Origin: Nanobdellota archaeon
GTDB lineage: Archaea; Nanobdellota; Nanobdellia; PEZQ01
Direction: 5' to 3'
NCBI GenBank assembly: GCA_018220985.1
Contig: JAAOXS010000014.1
Span: 1 to 59,899 of the forward strand
Length of the DNA stretch: 59,899 nucleotides
The translations under genes were made by a program, and so were the position numbers. Within the stretch, counting starts at the first letter, position 1. Every line of letters begins with the position of its first letter. This document shows positions 31,814-41,786 of the stretch, one piece after another. The notes under the pieces were generated by a model that made no database searches, was not told the origin of the DNA, and worked only from the letters and a program-made list of their open reading frames with translations.

Positions 31814-34800
31814 TGCCCCCCCTTTTTAATACATTATCTATGCGCCTTAATAACTTTTGCTCCTCTGAAATTCTCTTTCTTATTTTACGCTTTTTTGGCT
31901 TTGGCTTTATTTTATGTTTAACCATTCTTTTCGGTTTAGGAGAGCGTTTAAAATGCTTAAACAATTTTTTAACCTGTTTCAACTGCGAATTCAAAAACAT
32001 TACACCATCAACATTTAATATTCTCCAAGCACTAATTAGTCTTTCCTTATTCCTTTTAGCGAGGATTACAACAAAAAACATAAAGAAAAAAGGTATAATC
32101 CAAATAATGCTTATTGCCTTTTCATTACCTGAAATAGTAAAATAATAAGTTTCGGATGCTAAAGTAAGATAATCTTTTTTCAAACTACCTAACACCAAAT
32201 ATTCTCCAGAAGGTAATTCTAACAACAATTCCCTAAAAAATGATATTTCATCAAACGCGTTTATTTTAGTGAATTCTTTAACATCAGCATAAACCACGCT
32301 AAAAGAATTCATTGGACCCACTACGTCAAGTTCAAGCATTGCGTAAGCCATATCAGTTTTAGTGATTGCGGAAACATTTATTTTTAAAAAATCATTCGGG
32401 TTCAAAAATTTTTTATCAGTAGTTATAGTTATTTTAGGAGGGTACTCTAATGAGCTTATTTTTACAGGTTTTGAAGTCAAAGCTCCAATCAAAGGAATAT
32501 TTATTAATAAAACATTATTCTCTTTTTCGAATTCCAGTACGCCATCATCGCTTGAAACTTCGAAAATTTGCGCAAAACTTGTTTTCATATTATAAGAAAC
32601 ATTCTCATAATCTTCTAAAGCAGTGTTTTCAAGAGTTGAAGAAGTGAATAAACGTATTGCAGTAGAATTATAAGTGGTAAAACTTGTTGAGTAAAGTGTC
32701 TCTATTATTGGCGGCGTGTAAACAGTTAATAAAAATGTTTTATACTCTTGCGACTTAATTGAATCAACCCATGACACGCTTAAAGATGAAGAATCAGCAA
32801 TTAATCTCGTTATTTCCCCTTCCACAGTTGATGATAATGCATCTGAAAAAATTTTAATTGTGAAAGGCTGTGAAATTTCAAAATTATTAGGGTTGTAAAC
32901 AGTTATGTTATTATACCATTCAACAGGTTCACCTACCAAACAATTTCCTTGAATAAAACCTGATTTTGCAACTATTAAAGGTTGAGTTATTATTGGTTTA
33001 GCACTCCCTGTTTCAATAATTGAAACAAGGTAAGATGTTATTTCCTCGGAAATGATTTTTCCAGTTGAAGGACTATAACCAAAAAATTCTGTTCCGAAAG
33101 TGTGAACACCTTTCCCACGTAAAAACGTTAAATAATTAATATTTAATAAATCACTATCATACATCAACCAATCCCCCCACTCGCGTTCAATAAGATAAAC
33201 ACCATCACCTTGACTTGCAATAATCACATCATCCTGAATCCAAGTATCAATAGAGGAATCATAAAAAAATGCTTTAACACTAGACTCATTGAGAACTGAG
33301 TCATTATACAAATACAAATACGCTTTAACATTTGAAATACCCTCACCAGTGTTATCATTAGCAATTACTCCGCTTGTAATGTTCCCAAAATTATTAAAAG
33401 CACTCGCATCATTTGTTATGACTTCAAAACCTGTTCTGCTCAATCGTTCAGAAATTATTCCATCACCCCCACCCCCACCACCAATTATGGTATCCTCACT
33501 TGAAGGAATAGTAACAATTTTAGAAGTGTTTTTTTCAAAAACAGTTCCGCTTAAAGTTCTTATTAAAGAATCAACACTAAAAGAAAACTGTTGTTTTTCA
33601 TTAGCAGCTTTTGAAGAAAGTTGATATGAAACAATTATCATATCATTTGGGAACAATATTTTATCAGAGCTAACAACAACTTTATTATAAAAAGTTGAAA
33701 TTGAAGCAGTTATTGGAATTAAAGAACCATTATAATAATAAACATTAACAGAATCCACATACCATGTTATATAACCATATTCTGAATAATATGGAATTTT
33801 TGAAGTTATAGTTGTAAAATTAGTGTTTGAAGTTCCAAGATTCTGAACTTTATCAGTGATAATTAGTTCACGATTAACTTCATTAGTTGCAATTTGAACC
33901 AGTTTGTAAACTTCAGAATTAACAAGATCCAAAAAAGGAAAATACGTGTTAGTAATCAAATTATTCTCGTAAATTGTAGAATTCCAAATAGACTTCCAAT
34001 CAAAAGATGAACTGTAATAAATTGATTTATCAGCACCCAGCCATTCAGTAAAATAATCTTGAGAAGGTGAAAGAAAAACATTAATTATTTCTTCCTGTTT
34101 TGGAGTTGAATTATTAACTTCATAAATACTCCATTGACTAATATTATAAACCAATTCATCAGCAACGTTTTTAATAAAACCTCTTACACGCACTTCAGGT
34201 GAAATGATCATTTCCACACCCTCCCTAATTGGACCTCTTGAAAACAAATCTGAAACAGAAATATTCGTAAAAGTATTAGGATTATCAAAACTTGAAAAGG
34301 CATAATCCACTAATTGGTGCGTTGAATAACCATCCCAATTAATACCCTCAATAATTCTTACAGTAAAATAAACAATAAATGGTTCTGTTCCAGCAATTCC
34401 CGACCAAGTGATTAAATCATTAAAACCATCACTATCAGAATCAATAATTACACCACTTGAAGCATTTGATAAGTTGGCGGAATCATTTATTCCTAAAACA
34501 TTTTTAAAAAAAATAATTGAAAAATTAGCAGGTGTATTATTAACAGATGCGTTAATTCTAATTGTGAAATTTAAAGTATTGCTTCCTTTAACTAGTTCAT
34601 GACCTCCTGAATCCAGATTCACCCAATCAATTATTAAATTTGATGACTGGGAAACATTAAAAGTGTATGATAAATCTTGCGAAGATGCTGACGTGTTAAG
34701 AAAAAGGAATGTTCTATCACCAATGTTAGGTGAAGCTGCAGTAGCACGGTAAGCAGTAACTGATTCTAAATTAGTACTTGTTATTGAAGAAAGATTTATG

Positions 34801-34994
34801 CGAATGTATTGTAAAACATCATTTGAAGGTGTGATAACTTGAACATACCCTTTACTTGTTGAATTAATAATTGAATTATTATAATATTGATTTAAAGTTA
34901 AGTTTTCAACAAGTATTGCTTGAGGATTAGCAAAAACGGGAGTTACTAATAAAACAAAAATTAAAACCATCCTCACCATATTACATATATTCAT
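31806..34994 (-). CDS. Giant surface protein P2 (1062 aa): signal peptide, C-terminal TM plus an ~85-aa K/R-rich tail
   Basis: Signal peptide MVRMVLIFVLLVTPVFA, TM IIWIIPFFFMFFVVIL, tail ..KPKPKKRKIRKR... Sequon-rich, with a GGGGGG linker. Paralog of P1. Confidence 0.7.
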   Translation of the reverse strand: MNICNMVRMVLIFVLLVTPVFANPQAILVENLTLNQYYNNSIINSTSKGYVQVITPSNDVLQYIRINLSSITSTNLESVTAYRATAASPNIGDRTFLFLNTSASSQDLSYTFNVSQSSNLIIDWVNLDSGGHELVKGSNTLNFTIRINASVNNTPANFSIIFFKNVLGINDSANLSNASSGVIIDSDSDGFNDLITWSGIAGTEPFIVYFTVRIIEGINWDGYSTHQLVDYAFSSFDNPNTFTNISVSDLFSRGPIREGVEMIISPEVRVRGFIKNVADELVYNISQWSIYEVNNSTPKQEEIINVFLSPSQDYFTEWLGADKSIYYSSSFDWKSIWNSTIYENNLITNTYFPFLDLVNSEVYKLVQIATNEVNRELIITDKVQNLGTSNTNFTTITSKIPYYSEYGYITWYVDSVNVYYYNGSLIPITASISTFYNKVVVSSDKILFPNDMIIVSYQLSSKAANEKQQFSFSVDSLIRTLSGTVFEKNTSKIVTIPSSEDTIIGGGGGGDGIISERLSRTGFEVITNDASAFNNFGNITSGVIANDNTGEGISNVKAYLYLYNDSVLNESSVKAFFYDSSIDTWIQDDVIIASQGDGVYLIEREWGDWLMYDSDLLNINYLTFLRGKGVHTFGTEFFGYSPSTGKIISEEITSYLVSIIETGSAKPIITQPLIVAKSGFIQGNCLVGEPVEWYNNITVYNPNNFEISQPFTIKIFSDALSSTVEGEITRLIADSSSLSVSWVDSIKSQEYKTFLLTVYTPPIIETLYSTSFTTYNSTAIRLFTSSTLENTALEDYENVSYNMKTSFAQIFEVSSDDGVLEFEKENNVLLINIPLIGALTSKPVKISSLEYPPKITITTDKKFLNPNDFLKINVSAITKTDMAYAMLELDVVGPMNSFSVVYADVKEFTKINAFDEISFFRELLLELPSGEYLVLGSLKKDYLTLASETYYFTISGNEKAISIIWIIPFFFMFFVVILAKRNKERLISAWRILNVDGVMFLNSQLKQVKKLFKHFKRSPKPKRMVKHKIKPKPKKRKIRKRISEEQKLLRRIDNVLKRGGNV

Positions 34995-35000
34995 ATTTTT

Positions 35001-38000
35001 TCATTTATGACTCTTTTTATTTTTTCGAACAGCGCGATTTTTAACATGAGTAAGAGTTAATTTATCATACCTTTCAATTTTAACAGTTCTAATTCTAAAT
35101 GTTAAAACAACTATAACACCAAACAAGATTACTACTAAAACCCAAATCAAACTACTTGACGTATCAGAACCTTTAACTTCAAAAGTTCGAGTACTTATCG
35201 CTTCTCTTCCAGCATAAGTTACGAGCGCTTCAAAAGCGTAAACTCCTGAACGCGTTTTTTCAGGAATTCTTAAAACTAATTCTTTATCAACTTGATCTGT
35301 AACAGCAATAGTATCTGTTGATTCAGTAATCAAATTACCTTCTAATGTTTTTGCTGAATAAGTTATTGCAACATCAACAGTTGCTTTAGGACCTCCAATA
35401 TTTAAAATGGTTAGCAGTGCTTTCACGCGCTCACCTGGATTAATAATTATATCCAACAATTCTAAAATGGTATCAAACAAAGGTACAACCAATTTCACAT
35501 GAGTTTCAGTGTTAACATGTTTCTTGTATGTTGGATCAAAACCCGCAATTATTGTTGGCAACACCCATGTTCCACCACCAATAATGCTCACATTCATGGT
35601 AACATTAATCGTGTCACTTTCGTACAAAGTTCCATCCCAAGCAGATTCTAAACCTGTTGAAAAATTGTATTTGTAAATGTCAACGCTTAAACCATCAGGT
35701 AATAATTCAGAAGTACTAGCATATTTTATGTAGTCAGTTCCATCACTAAGCTCTATTATAGTATCATTATTGTATGTTATGTTTAAGTAATCAATGCTTG
35801 CGCCAACAGGTAAATAATCAGCTATGTGAATATCAGTTATGTTCCCACCAACAGCTTTCAGTATAAAAGTTATGCTCGCGTTAAGAGGGTTTACTTCATC
35901 AATGTCTAATGATTTATATGATTTCAAAAATGCGTGAGATGAAGTAATATTCTCCCATAATGAATCAATGTATTGCGTATTATCTGTATTATTTATTGTT
36001 GTGTTCGCGTCAAAAATTTTTGAAACATCCACGTCAAGCTCTGAAGAAATCATAGAATAATAAATCCTAATTTTTTCCGAATCCATTAAGTATGTTCCAA
36101 TATTCGTTTCAGACATATTATAAATGGTAAGATTTATTTCAGTTTCAGGGTCAGCGTCAATATCACTAACTGTAACATCAAAACCCGAACTTAACAAAGT
36201 ATTAGAACTACCAAGATGCCACACATCAACACTACCCTCGCTAGGTGCAGTAAATCCTCCTGGCACTTCATCAATTATTTCAACAAAATAAACTGGGTTA
36301 TTTGAACCATTATTTTCAAGAGTTGTGTTAACATTAATTGTTTCAACAGTTTTTGGTAAAACCCAATTCTGAGAAATGTACTTACTCATTTCCACTGTTA
36401 CAACACGAATTGTTAAATTATACGCTAAATCATTGCTTGGCGAACCGAACTCGCAAGTCGTGTTAATAGTAATATTATAACTACCAGTATCATTAACAGT
36501 TATAGTCCAATTAGGGTAATAACACGAATTGTTAGTAATATTATAAGGCCCATAAGTCCACGCGTCAGGACTCAAATCATCACCATCACCTGTGTAAAAA
36601 AGGATTTTAGGCACGCAATTAGAAATATTACCATTCTCAGAACAAATAGAAGCGTTAACGTAAAAATCATAATTTTTAGTTATGTAAGAATCATTTACGG
36701 GCGTTGATATATTCGTTGTTGAATTACCAATCTCATCTAATTCAATTGGAGGATCTCCAGGCTCTAATCCTTTAACAGTTATTACATTATTCACTTTATC
36801 AATTGAAAAATTGGTTAATTCCATCCAATTACCATTACACACACGATTGTTAAAATCCCAATCATCACACTTGAAAGGTCGTAAATTATCCTCGGAACTA
36901 ATGCTACTTATCTTACTTGAATAACTTATGTTAGCCTCAGCGTAATCAAAATTCAAAGATAAATTGAACATTACCATCTCAACACCTGTTAAGCTGCCCA
37001 TGTTTTCATCATCATTTGGTGAATCATCAAAACTGATTTTATCAGCGAACGACTCGTTAATTGACACGTTATAAACTGTGATGTTCAATTTATTATTAAA
37101 AGCGTTGATAACCAAATCATAATATCCTTCATCCAAACGATTATTGTAATCACCACTAAAATCAGTGTCAAAATCGTATTCTACTGTTTGAGTTCCCAGC
37201 TCATAAAAAGTGAAATTTACTAGTACTGCAGTACTATCACCATCCTCTAAAGTTCCGCTCAACAAGTGGGAAGGAATTATGGTGATAGTAACATTACTAG
37301 TACTATTATCACCAATCTCATTATATGAAGAAGTAAAATTAACATCCAATTCATACGCGTCATTGATTGTTCCTGTAACATTCAGAGACCAATTAAGTTG
37401 GCACACATCCTGATAAACCAAAACACCGCAAGACTGAGGATTAGAATCACCTGTATAAAACGGAATTGCTTCACTTGTGCTTACAATAGTGTCAGGTGTT
37501 GTTATAGAAGCATTATACCTTACACCACCACTAACAGAACCGCATTTCGCCCCACTTGTCGTTCCACCACAAACAATAGTTGTGTTAAACCATTTCATAG
37601 TTATATTACCCCAAGTAATATCATCAGATGGTGTTTGTAAAGAAACTTGAAGTTCGCCATGCTCGTAAACAGTATACAATTGTGTTTCAGTAACGTTCCA
37701 CTCATCATTTGAATCATTAGCCCAAATTTTCCACTCAACAGTTTTACCCCAGCACTGACTTGGCCAAGACTTGTTAATCCAAGTTAAATTACTCGCAGGC
37801 ATTTCAACCCATGATTCATTAGCGCTTACTGTTGAACAATCCACTTCGGAAGCGTTTACAAAAAATTTGTAACCACTTAATGCAGTATTATCACTCCATT
37901 CAGCTTCGTGCTGGACAACTTCATTTTCAAAAACGTCAGAATTGTTAGTCTGAACATTAGTTGATTGGGGTGGTGGAGGATCTATTACGTGATTAAACTC

Positions 38001-39116
38001 TAAAAAAGCGATTTCAGAATCGTCGTTAACAATTCTTAAATCAAAAGTATTATGACTACCTTCCATTCCTATTAAATAAATTTTATAATACTTTTCAGAA
38101 ATGATAATTGGGAATTCAGTGATTTTTTTAGAAGTGTTAAAATAATAAACTTCTATTAATGTGTTAAAACTCTGATTGTTACGAACATAAACTGTAATAT
38201 CATTAATTGCTGTTAAGTTTTGTTCAAAAATAACTCTTAAAAATTCATTCTCATAAATTGGCTCTGACCACGCGTCATCCAATTCTTTAACTTCTTCAAA
38301 AACATTAGAAATTAAAGAATAATTTTCATCCAAGTGCATTGCATTTGTTATTTCAATTACAACTCTGAATGTTTGATTAATCAAGTAAGGAATAATCCAA
38401 GATAATACAGAATTATTCAAAGAAATGTTGTAATCAGAATTGTTAGTGATGTCAACGGGGGAATTGTTACTAATTTCATAAATTCTAAATCTTGTTTTAG
38501 TTGGAACATTAGTGCTAACAGAAACGTTTTCATAACCTTCAAAAACAGAACTAACTAACACGTTTTTAACTAAGTTGGAATTATTAATTAACAAAAATTC
38601 CTTCTTAACAGGTGCTGGAGTGGAATACACAATTTCAAAATAATCATTAAACCTGACAAGTGAAATATTAACTGCTCCTTCAGGAACTTTTTTCAAAGCG
38701 AAAGTTTCATTAAAAGCTTTAACTCTTGCAATCCAATTAACAGGTTTCTCTACAATAATTGAAGAATGGCTGTAATTTATTAATTTAGAATCGTCAATGG
38801 CGTATGAAAAACTAGTGGTGGCGTTAAGAACATTAAATAATATAATGTTGTGCGTTTCATTGTATGGGGAAACAACGCCACCACCAGAGAATAATTCAAT
38901 AACATTAGTTGGTATGAAAAACTCAACGGGTTTGTTTAATAACATTCTGAAAGAATTGTTAATCAACCCATTTTCACGCGCTGAAGAAAAATTAATTGTG
39001 TTATTAAGATTTTTAGTAAAAAAACCAGTAATGGAACCTGATAAATCAAAAATTAATAAAGCTAAGAATAATACGGTAAGCACTATTTTGACCCAAGGTC
39101 GTAAAATCTTCCCCAT
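35001..39116 (-). CDS. Giant surface protein P3 (1371 aa): N-terminal signal anchor, C-terminal TM plus basic tail
   Basis: N-terminal VKIVLTVLFLALLIF, C-terminal TM LIWVLVVILFGVIVVL. It shares AGFDP and the membrane-proximal module with P1/P2. Sequon-rich. Confidence 0.7.
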   Translation of the reverse strand: MGKILRPWVKIVLTVLFLALLIFDLSGSITGFFTKNLNNTINFSSARENGLINNSFRMLLNKPVEFFIPTNVIELFSGGGVVSPYNETHNIILFNVLNATTSFSYAIDDSKLINYSHSSIIVEKPVNWIARVKAFNETFALKKVPEGAVNISLVRFNDYFEIVYSTPAPVKKEFLLINNSNLVKNVLVSSVFEGYENVSVSTNVPTKTRFRIYEISNNSPVDITNNSDYNISLNNSVLSWIIPYLINQTFRVVIEITNAMHLDENYSLISNVFEEVKELDDAWSEPIYENEFLRVIFEQNLTAINDITVYVRNNQSFNTLIEVYYFNTSKKITEFPIIISEKYYKIYLIGMEGSHNTFDLRIVNDDSEIAFLEFNHVIDPPPPQSTNVQTNNSDVFENEVVQHEAEWSDNTALSGYKFFVNASEVDCSTVSANESWVEMPASNLTWINKSWPSQCWGKTVEWKIWANDSNDEWNVTETQLYTVYEHGELQVSLQTPSDDITWGNITMKWFNTTIVCGGTTSGAKCGSVSGGVRYNASITTPDTIVSTSEAIPFYTGDSNPQSCGVLVYQDVCQLNWSLNVTGTINDAYELDVNFTSSYNEIGDNSTSNVTITIIPSHLLSGTLEDGDSTAVLVNFTFYELGTQTVEYDFDTDFSGDYNNRLDEGYYDLVINAFNNKLNITVYNVSINESFADKISFDDSPNDDENMGSLTGVEMVMFNLSLNFDYAEANISYSSKISSISSEDNLRPFKCDDWDFNNRVCNGNWMELTNFSIDKVNNVITVKGLEPGDPPIELDEIGNSTTNISTPVNDSYITKNYDFYVNASICSENGNISNCVPKILFYTGDGDDLSPDAWTYGPYNITNNSCYYPNWTITVNDTGSYNITINTTCEFGSPSNDLAYNLTIRVVTVEMSKYISQNWVLPKTVETINVNTTLENNGSNNPVYFVEIIDEVPGGFTAPSEGSVDVWHLGSSNTLLSSGFDVTVSDIDADPETEINLTIYNMSETNIGTYLMDSEKIRIYYSMISSELDVDVSKIFDANTTINNTDNTQYIDSLWENITSSHAFLKSYKSLDIDEVNPLNASITFILKAVGGNITDIHIADYLPVGASIDYLNITYNNDTIIELSDGTDYIKYASTSELLPDGLSVDIYKYNFSTGLESAWDGTLYESDTINVTMNVSIIGGGTWVLPTIIAGFDPTYKKHVNTETHVKLVVPLFDTILELLDIIINPGERVKALLTILNIGGPKATVDVAITYSAKTLEGNLITESTDTIAVTDQVDKELVLRIPEKTRSGVYAFEALVTYAGREAISTRTFEVKGSDTSSSLIWVLVVILFGVIVVLTFRIRTVKIERYDKLTLTHVKNRAVRKNKKSHK

Positions 39117-39149
39117 ACAAGAATCATATTATAATTGTTAACTAATAAA

Positions 39150-40748
39150 TTATGTGCAAGATTTAACAAAATTCAAGAATAAGGGTTCTGGTTTTTCAAA
39201 ACTACTTGAAAACTCTGGATGAGCTTGAGTTGCAAAAAAAAATTTGTGCTCAGGTAATTCTATGAACTCCACTAATTTTTCATCAGGTGAAATCCCTGAA
39301 AACACCAATCCATTCTCTTGAAGCAAAACATGATATTTTGGATTAACTTCATACCTATGCCTATGCCTGCGAAGTATTATGCTCTCACCGTAAATTTCGA
39401 AAAGTTTAGAACCTTTTTTTATGACAGTAGGATAATTACCTAAACGCATTGACGAGCCATAATCATTATTCTTTAATAATTCCCGCTGCTCTGGTAAAAT
39501 ATCAATCACTGAATGTTCCGCTCCAACATCAAACTCAGAGCTATTAGCTTTTAACCCGCACACGTTTCTAGCAAAATCAATAACTGCAACTTGCAATCCT
39601 AAACACAAACCCAAATATGGAATATTATTTTCACGCGCGTATTTTGCAGCTCGTATTTTTCCCTCAATACCAGTACTTCCAAAACCACCTGGAACAATCA
39701 CGCCATCCACTTCACTTAATAACTCTGGTTTTTTTTCGATTTCCAAAGCATCAAACCACACGATTTCAGGTTCAATACTTAAATGAGTTGCAGCATGTTT
39801 CACAGATTCTACAACACTCACATAAGAATCAGGTAATAAAAAAGCACCTGTTTTAAAATATTTAGCGACCAAACCTATTTTCACTTTTTTCTTAGGTGAA
39901 TTAATTTTTTCAATAAGAGAATTCCATAAATCCAAATCAGGCTTTCCATTTTCAATATTAAATTTTTCAAAAATTTGAGAAGTCATACCTTGCTCCTCAA
40001 GTAATAATGGAACTTTGTAAACAGATTTCACATCATGAGATGAAAAAATGTTTTTACTAGAGATATTGCAAAAAGTGCTTATCTTTTTTTTACGAACATC
40101 ATCAACAGGTCGCTCTGAACGGCAAACAATCATATCTGGAGCAACGCCCATTTCCCACAAAAAACGAACAGATTGTTGAACAGGCTTTGTTTTCGCTTCA
40201 CCTAAATGTGCAGGTATTGGAACGTACACGACATGAACAAAAATAACAGGCAAATCTTCCTCATACTTAAGTAATCTGCAAGCTTGCAGAAAAGGAATGT
40301 TCTGATAATCACCAGCAGTGCCTCCAATTTCAACAAGAATAAAATCAGTATCATCTTTAGCTACATTCTTAATTCTTCTTTTAATTTCCTCACTCACATG
40401 AGGAAAAATTTCAACATCACTGCCCAAATACTTTCCAGAACGCTCATTTTGAATAACTTGCAAATAAACCTGACCAGTCGTAATATTATTTTGTTTTGAT
40501 AATTCCCGATTCAGGAATCGTTCATAATGACCTAAATCCTGATCGGTTTCACCGCCATCATAAGTTACCCAAACCTCACCATGAACAGTTGGGCGCATAG
40601 TCCCAGCATCAATGTTTAAGTAAGGGTCAATTTTGCAAATTTGAATTTTAAAACCACGTGCTTGTAATAATTTACCAATGCTTGAAGTTACAATACCTTT
40701 ACCAAGACCTGAAATAACTCCCCCCGTAATAATAATAAATTTAAGCAT
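39150..40748 (-). CDS. pyrG: CTP synthase
   Basis: N-terminal ITGGVISGLGKGI and the C-terminal glutamine amidotransferase motif GLCLGLQ, 532 aa. Confidence 0.95.
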   Translation of the reverse strand: MLKFIIITGGVISGLGKGIVTSSIGKLLQARGFKIQICKIDPYLNIDAGTMRPTVHGEVWVTYDGGETDQDLGHYERFLNRELSKQNNITTGQVYLQVIQNERSGKYLGSDVEIFPHVSEEIKRRIKNVAKDDTDFILVEIGGTAGDYQNIPFLQACRLLKYEEDLPVIFVHVVYVPIPAHLGEAKTKPVQQSVRFLWEMGVAPDMIVCRSERPVDDVRKKKISTFCNISSKNIFSSHDVKSVYKVPLLLEEQGMTSQIFEKFNIENGKPDLDLWNSLIEKINSPKKKVKIGLVAKYFKTGAFLLPDSYVSVVESVKHAATHLSIEPEIVWFDALEIEKKPELLSEVDGVIVPGGFGSTGIEGKIRAAKYARENNIPYLGLCLGLQVAVIDFARNVCGLKANSSEFDVGAEHSVIDILPEQRELLKNNDYGSSMRLGNYPTVIKKGSKLFEIYGESIILRRHRHRYEVNPKYHVLLQENGLVFSGISPDEKLVEFIELPEHKFFFATQAHPEFSSSFEKPEPLFLNFVKSCT

Positions 40749-40922
40749 TTACTAAGCTAAAAAAAGTATATTAATAATTTTTTTGATTCTTGAACACAAA
40801 GTATTTATTACACTAAAAAGAGTTATAAAAATGGAGAGGTGAATAATTAAAAATGGTCAGAAGAAAACCTAAACCAAAAGCGTAAATAATCTTATTAATT
40901 TAATTTTATTATCTATTTATTT

Positions 40923-41786
40923 ATGATAGGCGTTGTAGAATACGAAAATTCTGTTTTCATTAATGATTTATTAAAAAAAATAGGGAAACCATTTCAATGG
41001 ATTCAATACCGCCAATTACCAACACCTTTTTTTAATGACTATAAAGTAATCATTGACAGATTAAGCTTGCAGAACGAATTCTTAAGCACTACGCTAAAAA
41101 TTCAAAGCATGAACAACGCTTACGTTATTAACAACCCTTTCTCTTGCGATGTGCTAAATAAAGGCGTGGACATGTCAATACTAAACGAACTTAACATCCC
41201 CCACCCAAAAACGTTCATCCTACCATCTTTTGTTGGAGAATGGGATTTGGGAAAAGCCATAAGCAAGGTTAACTGGGAAATAATTGTAAAAGAATTCTCA
41301 TTCCCAATCATCATGAAACCCCTCATGGGTTGGGGTTGGCGCAACGTATTTGAAATAAATTCAATTGAAGAATTAAAAAACAAATATGAAGAATTCGCTG
41401 AAAAAGAAGTAATGGTAGTTCAAGAAAAAATAATTGCGGACACGTTCTTACGCGTATTTTGCGTTGGAAAAGAGAAAACACTAGTCACAAAATACTTACC
41501 AGCACCTCTTGGCGCTGGAAAAATAGTTATTCACGATTGCTCACAAGAACTAATCAAAAAAGTAAGCGATTGGAGTTTAACTTTTTGCAAAAAAGTTGAC
41601 TTAGATTTTAACGTTGTTGAATGGGCAGTTCGCGAAAACAAACCTTTCGTAATTGACGCTTACAACCCAATACCAGACGTTAGCGAAAAAATCCCAAAAG
41701 AATATTACAATTGGATTGTTAATGAACTAGCAAGTTTCGTAAACAAAATTTACGAAGCAAACAGTAAGAATAAAAAATTCTTTTAA
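40923..41786 (+). CDS. ATP-grasp fold protein (RimK/GshB-like by eye)
   Basis: ..FPIIMKPLMGWGWRNVFEINSIEELKNKYEEF..VMVVQEKI.. resembles the ATP-grasp central domain. Substrate unknown. Confidence 0.45.
   Translation: MIGVVEYENSVFINDLLKKIGKPFQWIQYRQLPTPFFNDYKVIIDRLSLQNEFLSTTLKIQSMNNAYVINNPFSCDVLNKGVDMSILNELNIPHPKTFILPSFVGEWDLGKAISKVNWEIIVKEFSFPIIMKPLMGWGWRNVFEINSIEELKNKYEEFAEKEVMVVQEKIIADTFLRVFCVGKEKTLVTKYLPAPLGAGKIVIHDCSQELIKKVSDWSLTFCKKVDLDFNVVEWAVRENKPFVIDAYNPIPDVSEKIPKEYYNWIVNELASFVNKIYEANSKNKKFF

Noticed and set aside
33465-33490. C-rich tract CACCCCCACCCCCACCACC (encodes GGGGGG in P2) as a possible phase-variation site
   Set aside because: The run is interrupted (C5-A-C5-A), so it is not a long homopolymer. 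It is in-frame and most simply a glycine linker.
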